Positions 52,929 through 63,900 of a DNA stretch of 64,000 bases are shown here, piece by piece. Each line of letters starts with the position of its first letter. The stretch's first letter is position 1. Below the pieces are notes generated by a model. The model was given only the letters and a program-made list of their open reading frames with translations, did no database searches and had not been told where the DNA came from. A program made the position numbers and the translations under genes. This DNA comes from Scenedesmus sp. PABB004 (Eukaryota): the NCBI GenBank assembly GCA_014905635.1, contig JABVCE010000003.1, positions 496,001-560,000 of the forward strand, in the 5' to 3' direction.

Positions 52929-55900
52929 TCACTGCTGCTCTGACACGCGCGCGCGCCGCGCGCCGCCTCCCCCGCTCGACGATGGGCGGCCCGCCGGCGA
53001 CGCGCCGGCCTCGCCCCGCCCGGCGGCGCCGGCGCGCCGCTGCCCTGCCGCGACAGCGCGCCAGCCGTCGCGACCTGCTCACCGCCGCGTTGCAGCGCTG
53101 CCTGCGCCGCTGCGACCTGCAGCTGGCCAAGCACGTCGCCCCGCACCGCGCCGGGAGCGCCGCCGGCCCCCAGCCACCCACGCCGCCGCCCGCGCCCAGG
53201 CTGCGCCGCAGCGGGCTGGCGCTGCCGCTGCTGCCGCCCGCGGCGGCGCTGCCGTGCAGGAGCGGCGCGGCATCGTCGCCGCCGGCGCCGGCGCCGCTGC
53301 TGCCGCTGGCGGTCGCCGGCCGCCGGCCGAGCGGCGTGAGGCTCGCGAGCGAGCCGCGCAGCGGCGAGGCGGCGCCCGAGGGCGCGGCGCTGCCGCCGCC
53401 GCCCAGCGAGCCCAGGCGCGGGCTGTAAGGCAGGCCGCCGCCGCGCACCAGCGTGCGCGGCACCATGCTGCGCTTGGCGAGCGTGCTGGCCAGCGTGGGC
53501 TGCTCCGCACCGTCGCTGCTGCCAGTGGCGTGCTGCAGCCGCCCCACGCGCGCAACGCTCAGCAGCGCCTTGCCGCTGCCCGCGGAGCCGTCCTTGTTGG
53601 TGACCTGGCAGTGGTAGCTGCCCGCGTCGGCGGGCGCCACCTCCACCAGGACCAGCAGCGGCGAGGTCGAGGTGGCCACGGTGAGGCGTTTGCCGTCCTT
53701 GAACCACTGGTACCGCAGCGGGCCCAGGCCCTGCGCCGGCGGCGACGCGGGCGTGGGCGTGCGCACGCGCGGCGTGGCGCGGCGCGGCGTGCACCCCTGC
53801 GACCGCCCTCGCGCGCCGCACCGTGGCGGTGACGCTGAGCTGCGCGTTGGCGCCCTCGTCCACCGCGACGTCCGCCGGCTGCACCGTGACCAGCGGCCGC
53901 TGCGAGACCACGCCCTCGCGCACCGCCACCTCGCCGCCGCGCGCCTCCTGCGAGGCCGCCGCCGTGAGCACGGCCCGGCGGCGGCCCGGGCGGCGGCGCG
54001 CGCGCCGCGCCCGCAGCGTGCGCGCACCTGCAGGCGCGAGCGCGCGCGCTCCAGCACCACCGCCAGGCTGAGCTCTCGGTGCTGACGGGGCGCCGCGGCC
54101 GCGCGCCGGCCGGGCGCGGCCCGCCGCGGCGCCTCACCGCCGGGCGCGCCCGTCTGCAGCACGCTGTGCACGCGCACCTGCGGCGCGCGTGCGCGCGTGT
54201 GCGCGCGTGAGCCCCCGTCAGCGGAGCCCGTGGGCCCTGGAACCAGCGGGCACCGCTGCGACGCGCCGCCTCGGCGCGCGCCTTGACGCTGCCGCTGGTC
54301 TGGGTCTTGAAGCCGTACTTGTTGAGCGGCCCGCCCGCGTGCCCCGGCGGCACACCGACGTACGCCATGTCCGCGAGCTCCTCGCTGCCGCCGATGAAAA
54401 ACGCGGCCTGCTGGTCGCGCCGCGTGCCTGCGCCGGGCGCCAGCGCGGAGGGAGTCGGCCGTGCCGCGCGCCGAGCGCGCGCCCCGCAGCGCGCGCGCTG
54501 CGCGCGCGCGCCCGCGGCGCCGCACCCAGGGGCTTCCAGGTGTCCACGTAGTGCGTGCCGCTGCCGGGGCAGCGCCCGTCGAGCGACAGCCAGCCGTAGC
54601 CCTCGGTCGTGGCGCGGTCCCAGCCGTCGTAGGTGCAGACCTGCAGCAGCAACCGCGGCCACGCGCCCGGGCGCGGCGGCGCGCGCGCGACCCACTCCGC
54701 CTCGACCGGGTGCGCAAAGTGCGCCACCCAGAGCGCTGGCGTGTCGGAGGCGGGGTCCGGCGGGTAGCACGTCATCTGGCTCACGTGGCTCACGCCCTGC
54801 CCGGGCGGCGTAGGGTTTGGCCGGTTTAGTGGGGCGCGCGCGGGCGCGTGAGCGCGCGGCGCGCGGGCCGCGGCGACGGTGACGGCCCTGATCAGCCCCG
54901 GCGGCGCGGCCGCGCCTGGATGAGCCCCGGGCGGACCACCTCCTGCTCGCTGTGCTGCAGCGCCCAGGCGTCGGGGTCGTAGTGCAGCTGCCACTCCAGG
55001 AAGAGCCGGTCGCGCGTGAAGCCCGCCGCCGCGACGAGCTCGGCCATCAGCACCAGCCGCACCGCGCTGCCGTCGGGACCTGCCGCGGCGGGTCGACGCG
55101 GTGGGCCGCTGGCCGTCCCGCCGGCGCGCACAGCGCGGCGTGGCTGGCAGTGCGGCGCGCACCCGGCGGCGGCATGTGCTCCATGGCGCCGCCCGCGCGG
55201 CGCAGCTCCGCGGCCTGCGCCGCGACCGCGCCCGCGAGCTTGGCGGCGCGGCGCTCGAGGCAGGGCGCCGCGGCGCGCGACGCCAGCTCCACGGTGTACT
55301 CGTAGATGCCGCCTGCGCCCCGAGCGGGCCGCCCGCGCGGCGGGCGGCTCAGCCGGCGCCGCCAGCCGGCCCGGCCCGGCCGGCGGCCAGCCCGCGGAGA
55401 GGGCGCGCCGCGCACCGTGGTCGTCCTCGAAGCGGTGGCGCTGCCCCGGGGCGCTCAGGCCGGGCGTCATGTCAAACGTGCCGTCCTGGTGCGCGCGCAG
55501 CACGCACAGCACCTTTTCGCGGCTGCCCGCGACCGTCGTCTCGTCGCCGAGGTCGGCCATGAGGAACATGGCGTGGAAGTTGAGCATCTGCGGCGGGCGA
55601 CGCACACCGCGCGTCAGGCGGTCAGGCAGGCAGGCAGGCAGGCGGGCGGCGGGCGATCGGCGGCGGCCGGCGGCTCTGCTGCCGCGCCCGACCGCTGCCA
55701 GCGCAGCGGCGGGCGCGCGTCGCGCCGCGCCGCGCCTTCTGGCGGTTGCGGGGGTCGCGCAGGAGCTTGCGCGTGAGGTGGTTGCGCGCCTCGCCGTCGC
55801 TGCTGGTCGTGACACGGCGCTGCGTCTCGTAGCGCTCGCAGAACGCGTCCGTCTGCACATAGCTGAATAGCACCGAGTCCGACGGCGCCGACTGGCAGCC

Positions 55901-56625
55901 GCGGGCGGCGCGCGTGGGAGTGAGGGGCGGCCCGCGGCTGCAGCAGCCGCGCGCGCGCGTGCCCCGCGCCCCGGCGCACGAGCAGGCGGTCGGGGCCGAT
56001 GTGGGACTGCGAGCCAAAGTGCGCCGTGCGCTTGGGCGAGCTGCACTGGCTGCCGCGCGCCCGGCCGGCGCAGATCTGGGCCTGCGGGCGGCGGCGGCGA
56101 GGGTTGGCGGACGCGTCCCCGCGCGGCCGGCCGCCGCTGCGCGCCGCTGCCGCTGCCGTGCGCGCCGCGCGGACCTGCGCCGCCACCAGCTCCGCCTTGC
56201 TGTACACCTTTTCCTGCCACGCAAAGGTTTTGACCACCCTGAGCTGCTCCGGCCGCGCCTGCGGCCCGGCCGCGTCGCCACCGGCGCTGCCGGACGCGGG
56301 CGCGGCGTCCGCACGGCTGCTCGCTCCCGCATCGCTCGCCGGCGCCTGGGGCGTCTGTGAGACGCCGCACGGCGCCGCCAGGGCGGGCGCGGCGGTGCGG
56401 GGGCGCGGCGGCGAGCGGTCAACGCGGCGCTGCTGGCGTTGCCGCACCGCCGCCCCCCGCGCCGCGGCGCTGCGCCCGCCGCACGCCCGCCGCGCGCGCC
56501 ACCTGCTCCCGCGTCACCCCGGGCCGCGGCCTGGGCGCGCTGAGGCGCGTGAGCGTGACGCGGAGCTTGAGGTTGGCGAGCGGGTCCTGCGCCGCGACGT
56601 AGTGGACGGTGCGCAGCTCCTCCAT
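52929..56625 (-). CDS. MKS1: MKS1 (B9-C2 transition-zone protein) with an appended immunoglobulin-like domain
   Basis: QDPLANLKLRVTL, FAWQEK, FSYVQTD, MFLMADLG, AHFAHPVE, WPRLLLQVCTYDGWDRATTEGYG, TWKP, FFIGGSEEL, NKYGFKTQTSGSVKVR, VLERARSRLQEAR, followed by an Ig-like domain. The stop at 52929 assumes two 1-nt corrections (about 53170 and 53015). Confidence 0.9.
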
Positions 56626-56969
56626 GGCGCGCGGTGGCCCGACGACCTCCTTCGCAGCCAGGCCCCTCACATCGCTGAGCAAGCACGGCGGCGCAGCCGC
56701 GGCGCTGGGCGGCGCCGCGGCGGCGGGAGCGGCGGCGTGGGCGGCAGGCGCTGTCGGAGTGGCTGGATTCCAGCGTTTCCGGCTGCACGATTGCCGCGGG
56801 ACGATCGGCGCCGGCAGGCTGCGCGCGTGCGGCGGCGGGGCTCAAGCGGGGGTCGCGCGACAGGTCGCTCGCGCCGCCGGCTGCACCCGCCCACATCCCC
56901 CTCGCGGTGGCTGGCAGGCCAGGAGGCCCCGCGACACCGGCGCCGAAAGCTGCGCGACAGCCAGCCAGC

Positions 56970-58728
56970 ATGCGCCGCCGCGGCCTCCCGCCGCTGCTGC
57001 TGCTGGCGCTGCTCGCTGCTGCCGCGCACCGAGGGGCCGGGGGCGACCGCGAGGCGGACGCCCAGGACGAAGACTTCGTGGGCTGGCGGGGCGAGAGGTG
57101 GGCGCGCGCGATTCGGGGCGCCGCGGCCGGGAGCAGCAGCCGCTCAGCCCGCGCCGCCGCTCTCCCGGTCCGCGCCGCAGCTTCGAGCCGGCCGACACCT
57201 TTGCCGCGGACCCCAAGTCGCAGGAGAGCTGGGTGGAGCTCCTTTCTTGGGAGCCGCGCGCCTATTTGTGAGCGATCCGGGGGCCGCGCCGACCGACCGA
57301 GAGAGCGCAGCGGCGTGCAGCAACGTGCGGGCGCCGCCCCCTGCCTGACCCGACCTGGACCGCCGCGCCGCCGCCGCAGGTACCACGGCTTCGCCGCGCA
57401 CTGGGAGGCGGACCACCTGATCGAGCTGGTGCGCGCCGCGCCGCGCCGCGGCGCGCCGGCGGTTGCGACGGTTGGCAGCGGCGCCGCGCGGCGCACCCCG
57501 CGCGCACGCCCGCCCGCCCGCCCGCCCGCGCAGGCGCGGCCGCACGTCAAGAAGAGCGAGGTGGTGGACAGCGACACCGGGGAGTTCATGCTGAGCAAGG
57601 AGCGCACCAGCTCGGGCGCCTTCCTGCGCCGGGGGCAGACCGACGTCGTGGCGAGCCTCGAGCGCCGCCTCGCGGAGTGGACCATGCTGCCCGTGGAGAA
57701 CGGCGAGCCCTTCCACGTGAGCGCGCGGCGCCGAGCCCCGCTCCGCCCCGCGCCGCGCGCCAACCCGACCCGCCTCCGCCGTCTGCGCGCGCGCACGCAG
57801 ATCCTGCACTATCAGGAGGGCGAGGAGTACACGGTGTGTGCGCGGCGCCGCGCGCCCGCGGCAGCCCCGCGCGTGGCCGCCGGCGGCGCTGCCGGCGGCG
57901 GCGGCGCGCGCGCGTGGCGCGCCCAGCCGCCCGGCCCCCGCTCCCGTGCCTCCGTGCCTCGCAGCCGCACTTTGACTACTTTTTCGAGAGCAAGAACACG
58001 GAGAACGGCGGCCAGCGCATCGCGACCGCGCTGCTCTACCTGTCTGACGTCGACGAGGGTGCGCAGCGACCGACGCGCACTCGGCGCGCGGCGCGGCGCG
58101 CCCCGGCCCGGCCCGCGCGCGCGCGCGCCGCCCACGCGCTGCGCCGGCGGCCTGGCCCAGGCGGTGAGACGGTCTTTCCCGACAGCAAGAAGCGGCCCAC
58201 GGAGGAGGAGAAGGCCGGCTTCAGCGGTGCGCCGCACGACCGTCCCGCCGCCGCCGTTGGTTGCGGCCGCACGCTGCTCGTGCTGACGCCCCCGCCCCGT
58301 CGCCGCCGTCGCCGCCCCGGTTCCCCGCCTGCAGTGTGCGGGCAGGCGGGCCTGGCGGTCAAGCCGCGCAAGGGCGACTGCTTGCTCTTCTGGTCGCTGC
58401 GCCCCGACGGCGTGACCAAGGACACCTTCTCCCTGCACGCCGGCTGCCCCGTCTGCCCCAGCGGGCAGGAGGCGGGCAAAAAGTGCAACAAGTGGTCGGC
58501 GACCAAGGTGCGGCTGCCCCGCCGGCCCGCACCGCCGCCGCGCCCGCGCAGCGCCTGCCGTGCCCGCCCCGGCCCGGCGCCGCCGCTGCGGCCGCCCGCG
58601 CGCCCGCGCGCGGCGCCGCGCCTCGGAGCTCACGCCGCCCGCACGCCCGCCCGCTCGCTGCCGGCGCCTCGGCGGCCCAGTGGATCCGCGTCGGCGAGCA
58701 CAAGGACTGGGGCGGGCCCGACGCGTGA
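56970..58728 (+). CDS. P4H: Prolyl 4-hydroxylase (2OG-Fe(II) dioxygenase), secretory pathway
   Basis: Signal/anchor sequence, VELLSWEPRAYLYHGF, ERTSSGAFL, ENGEPFH|ILHY, PHFDYF (HxD), GGQRIATALLYLSDVDE|GGETVFP, LAVKPRKGDCLLFWS, SLHAGCPV, KWSATK|WI. Confidence 0.96.
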
Positions 58729-58782
58729 CGGCGCCGCACGTAACACCCCCGGCTCCCCAACTCGCACGCCGCGGCGCGCCGC

Positions 58783-60446
58783 TCACGCGAGCCCCGCCTC
58801 CTGCGACAGCAGCAGCCGCCGCGCGCGCATGAACGCGTCGAGGCTGCAGCGCGGCCCGCCCTCCCCCGCCGGCGCGCCGTCGAGCCGCGCCGCGAGCTCG
58901 AGCGCCGCCTGCAGCTCGCCGTCGCGCAGGCACACGCCCGCGCTCTCCAGCAGCGCGGCCAGCTCCGCGGCGCCCCGCGGCGTGAGCAGGTGCTCGGCCT
59001 TGACGCCGAGGTCGACGCACGGCGGCGGCGCCAGCAGCTGCGCGGCGCACGGCTCGCCGCCATAGTTCTGCGTGTTGGCGACCGACGGCCGCGCCGGCAT
59101 GGGCCGGTCGACGCGCACGCTGGGCACGCCCAGCGCCTGCGCGCGCCCGGCCGAGGCGCCGGCAGCGGGCGGGCGGGCGGGTGAGTGGCGTCAGCTTCGA
59201 GCCCCGGCCGCCGCGGCGCATGCCGCCGGGCTCCAAGTCCCACCCGCGCGGCCGGCTCCGTGTTGCGCCAGCCCTCGCGCAGGCTCTTGCCCAGGTCCGG
59301 GTCTGGCGCCTGCGCTTCTGCGCTGTACCACCCGCGCAGCAGCTCCCCGACGGTCGGCTCCGCCTCGCGCGCCGGCGGGCGGCCAAAGACCGCGCCCGGC
59401 GGCGCGGCGCCGCGCGCGCCGAGCGGGCGCGGGCGCGCGAGCTCGTCGCCCAGCGTCGCCTTGTGCGCCTCGTAGAGCGCCGAGACCACCGGCGAGGGCT
59501 GCTCGCTCAGCTCGGGCTGCAGGATCTGTGTGTGTGCGGGTCGGGCGGAGCTGAGCTCTGGCGCTGGGCGGGGCCGGCAGCCGCGGGGCGCCCCCGGGCC
59601 GCCGCGCCGCGCGCCTGCTTCATGCTGGCCTGGCCCCCGGCCTGGCGGTCGACGAGGCCAAAGCGGTGGCGCGCGGGGTCGATGCGCGCCGCGGCCCAGT
59701 CGTAGTCGCGCGAGCGCTGCTCGCCGGGCGCGAACGAGCCGTGGCTGGCGACGTACATGCGGTGCTGCGGCCCCGCCGCGTCGTCGCCGCCGGGCGGCGG
59801 GTCGGGGAAGATGATGCTGCGCGTGCTGTTGCGCGCCTCCTGCTCCTGCGCACGGCGCGCGGGGCGCGTGCGGCGCGCCTCGGACTCGCGGCCGCGCGCG
59901 CGCCCCGCGCTGCTGCGTGCTGTGCGCGGCGCGGCGCGCTGGCTGCGGCGCGCGCGCGCGGGCACTTGCCACGACGTGCAGCGGGCGCCCGAACGCGACG
60001 TGCGTGCCCAGGCCCTGGGGAAGCACGTGCCCGCGGCTGAGGCCGCGGCCGAGCGGCTCCTGCCTGTTGCTCGCGTACACGGCCTCCCGCTGCTCAAGGC
60101 TCCAGCGCTGCGTGTCGCTCGCCGGCGCGGCGCCCATGCAGTCGCCCACGCCCTCGCCGACCGCGCCCTTGACGCCAAACGGCCCGTGCGGCACCGCGTC
60201 GCGCGCGGCGCCGGGGTGGCGCGTGATGGTGCCCGGCGGCGCCCGCGCGTAGTGCTGGAAGGGCTTGATGACCTCCGGCGTGACCGGGCGGGGCCCCCAC
60301 GCGAGCGCCGCCGCGGCGGTGTCCTCGCCGCCGCCGCCGCGCGCGCCCGCGGCCGGGAGCTGCGCCAGCGCCTCAGTCGTCGCGTAGCCGGCGGCGGGGC
60401 GGCCGCCGGGGGCGCCGGAGCGCGCCAGGCTCGCCGCGAACGCCAT
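58783..60446 (-). CDS. EFHB: EFHB/CFAP21 (FAP21)-like ciliary microtubule inner protein
   Basis: RPVTPEVIKPF, EAVYASNRQEPLGRG..RGHVLP, MYVASHGSFAPGEQRSRDYDW, DPDLGKSLREGWRN, GVPSVRVDRP.P..PSVANTQNYGGE. Confidence 0.82.
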
Positions 60447-60902
60447 AGAGCCTCCGCGGCCAGCGGTCAGCGCAGCGCGCGTGGCCTCGCGCCGGGCCGC
60501 TCGGCGGTCAGCGCAGCGCGCGCGAGCTGTCGCGCAGGTGCCGGCGGCGCGCTGCGCGTGTGCTGGTGCAGGGCAACAAAAGTCTGGGGCCGGCGGGGGG
60601 CTGGTGCTCATCAAGTGCCTCGGGGAGCGGGAGGGCCGGTCTTGCCCGCCGCAGGCCTGAAGCGGCCGCGGCCCCCGGCGCTCGCCCACGACACCGCCAC
60701 GGCAAGAGCGCTTCTCGGAGGCACAGCAGCCTGCCCGCCCGGCGCCGCATGCGCCAGGCCCACGCCGCCCAGCGCGCGCCGCGCGCCCTGCGCAACGTGC
60801 GGGCCGCCTGCGACGCTGGGGCGCGTTGATCATCGATCGGTGCACTACCTGAGGCGCAGGCGCTGAACGGCGTCGCGGCGCGGCGAGCAGCAGCAGCGCG
60901 AG

Positions 60903-63900
60903 ATGGAGGGCCAGCCTCCCGGCGCGCCCGGCGCCCCCCAGGGCGCGCCGCTCTGGGCGCCGCCTGACGCGGGCACGGTGCCCCTTCCGGGCCCGCCGCC
61001 GGCGGGCAACGGCTTTGCGCCGGCGCCGCTGGGCGCCGAGTTTGCGGGCGCGCAGCTCGGGGGCGTGCCCCCGGGCCTGAAGCTCGAGGACGGCCCGCCC
61101 GGCCCGCCGGGCCTGCCGGGCCCGCCGGGCGCGCCGCCGGCCGGCGGCGTCGCGGCGGCGATGCTCGCGGCGGCAGCAGCGGCGGCGCCGGGCGCGGCGC
61201 TCGTGCCGGGCGGCGGCGGCGGCGGCGCCGACGCCGGCGGCCTGGTGCTGCCGCCGCACCCGCTGCAGCAGGGCTTCGTTCTGCCGCCGCACCCGCTCAT
61301 GCAGAAGGGCTTCGTGCTGCCGCCGCACCCGCTCATGCTCCCGCCGCCGGGCGCGCCGGGCGCGCCGGCGCCCGAGCCGGCGGCGCCGCCGGCGCCCGCG
61401 GAGCCGCGCAAGCGGCGCCACAAGTGGGGCCCGCCCGCGGCTGGCGACTGGGGCGACGACGAGGGCAAGCCCAAGAAGCGGCGCAGCCGCTGGGAGTCGA
61501 ACGACACGCAGATCGTGCCCATGTCCAACTCGGGCGCGATCATCATCCCCGGCCAGCTGCCCAAGGAGGTCACCGTCTGCGGCGGCCTCAAGGTGCGGCG
61601 CGGTCGTGGCGGCGGCGCCGGCCGCGGTCGCGCAGGCCTGCCCGCGCGCCCGCAGCCCCCAGCGCCGCGCCGCGCCCCCGCCGGCGGCCGCGCCTCACGC
61701 CCCCCCCCCCCCCCCCCCCCGCGCCCGCCCCAGATCGTGCTGGCCAACCCCGGGTCGGTGTGCGCGTCGAACGACCCCAAGGTGCTCGCGATGCACGAGC
61801 AGCTGAACGAGATCCACCGCAAGATCCTCAGCGGCCAGCTCGACATCCCGCCCGAGCACGAGCGCAGCCCCAGCCCGCCGCCGACGTACGACGCGCACGG
61901 CAACCGCACCAACACGCGCGAGATTCGGTGCGGCGCGCGCGCGCGGCGGCGGGCTGCTGCGCAGCGGCGGCGGCGGCAGGCGCGCGCGGCACGCCCCGCG
62001 CTGCGCGCGCCCCGGCTGCTCACCGCCCCGCCTGTGCGCGCGGCCCACCGCGCGCAGCACGCGCGAGAAGCTCATGGAGCGGCGCAACCGGCTGATCGAG
62101 GACATCCTGAAGCACGACCCCACCTACCACCCGCCCTCGGACTACAAGCCGCGCAAGCTCGTCAACAAGGCGCGTGCCCGCGGCACGCGCGCCGCCGCGC
62201 CGCGCCTTGCCACGCACGCTCTGATGTGCCTTGCCTGATCTCCATCCCATCTGATCTAGCCTCATCTCATCTGATCTAGCCTCATCTAATCTCTCTGTCT
62301 GTCACCGCCGGGCGCAGGTGTACATCCCGCTAAACGAGTACCCGGGCTACAACTTCATCGGCCTCATCATCGGCCCTCGCGGCAACACGCAGAAGCGCAT
62401 GCAGCGCGAGACCAACTGCAAGATCGCGATCCGCGGCAAGGGCAGCGTCAAGGAGGGCGCGGGGCGCGACATGAAGTACGACTACGGCGAGGACGACGAG
62501 CTGCACGTGCTCATCACCGCAGAGTGCCAGGAGGACGTGAGCGCGCCGCGCGCGGGCGGGAAGGGGCGGGGGCGGGCCGGGGCGGCTGCAGGCGGGCAGG
62601 GCGCAGCTGCTGGCAGCGCGCGCCGCCGCGCGGGGGCCCGCCGCCGCGCCCCGCATCACCCGCCCCCGCCCTGCGTCGTCTCACCCGCGCCCGCGCGCCC
62701 CCGCGCCCCCGCCCGCGCGCCGCGCCGGCGCAGCTGGACCGCGCGACGGCGATGATTGAGAAGCTCTGCACGCCCGAGGACGACGAGCACAACATGCACA
62801 AGCAGCTGCAGCTCCGCGAGCTCGCCGCGCTCAACGGCACGCTCAAGGACATCTCCGCCTGCTACATCTGCGGCGAGCCCGGCCACGAGGCGGAGCACTG
62901 CCCCAAGAAGGCGCGCGCCCGCGCCCGCCGCCGCCGCCGCGCCGCCGCGCCGCGCGCGCGCCCGCCACCTTGCGCCCGCGCCCGCCACCTCGCGCCCGCG
63001 CCACCTCGCGCCCGCGCCGCCGCGCCCGCGCCGCCGCGCCCACCACCTCGCACCCACCCCGTGTCGCACCGACCGCGCGTCGCGCCCGCTGCCGCTGCGT
63101 CGCGTCGCGCGCAGGCGGCGGACGTGTACAAGCTCCCCGAGCAGATGCTGACCAAGGTTCAGGAGCAGTACGAGCGCGACGTCGCGCGCGTGCACGGCGG
63201 CCCCGTCGTGAGCATGGACGCCGAGTACAAGTCCTTCCTCGCGGAGCTCGGCGGCGGCCCGCCCCCGGAGCTCATGGGCCTCGACCCGCTCACCGGTGCG
63301 CGCGCGTGTGGGGTGGGGGCGTGGGTGGGGGGTATGGGTGAGGAGGGCCAGGGCTTGGGCGCGGCGCTTGGGCCGACGCGGCCGCGTGCGCGGCGCGCCG
63401 CCGGCCCCGCCGCCGACCCCGCTGCCGCGCGCCCCGCCGCCGCGCGCCCCGCCGCCGCCGCAGGGCTGCCGCCCAAGACGGCGGGCGACCTGCCGGACGA
63501 GTGCAAGCTCTTTGTGAGCAACCTGCCGCCCGCGTACAACAGCGACATGCTGCGCCAGCTCTTTGAGCCCCACGCGCCCGTCGTGCACGCCGCGGTCATC
63601 ACCGAGCCCGGCAGCGGCGTGAGCCGGGGCTACGGCTTCATCCACATACCAGACGCGACCACGGTGCGGGCCCGCGCGCACGCGCAGGGCCCTGGCCGCC
63701 CCGCGCCGCGCGCCGCGCCGCGCCGCGCCGCGCCGCCCGCCGCGCCGCGCGCCGCGCCGCCCTCCGCGCGCCGCGCGGCCCGGCCTCGCCCGTGCGCCCG
63801 CCGACCCGCGCGCCGACCCGCCGACCCGCCCGCCCGCCCGCCTGCCCGGCTGCCGCCCCCGCGCTGCAGGCGCGCGCGACGCGGCAGCTGATGGACGGCA

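Noticed and set aside
9137..53171. Programmed frameshifting, insertional editing or pseudogenisation at the frame breaks
   Set aside because: The breaks sit mostly in C/G homopolymers of low-complexity regions and conserved domains are intact, so sequencing error is more parsimonious.
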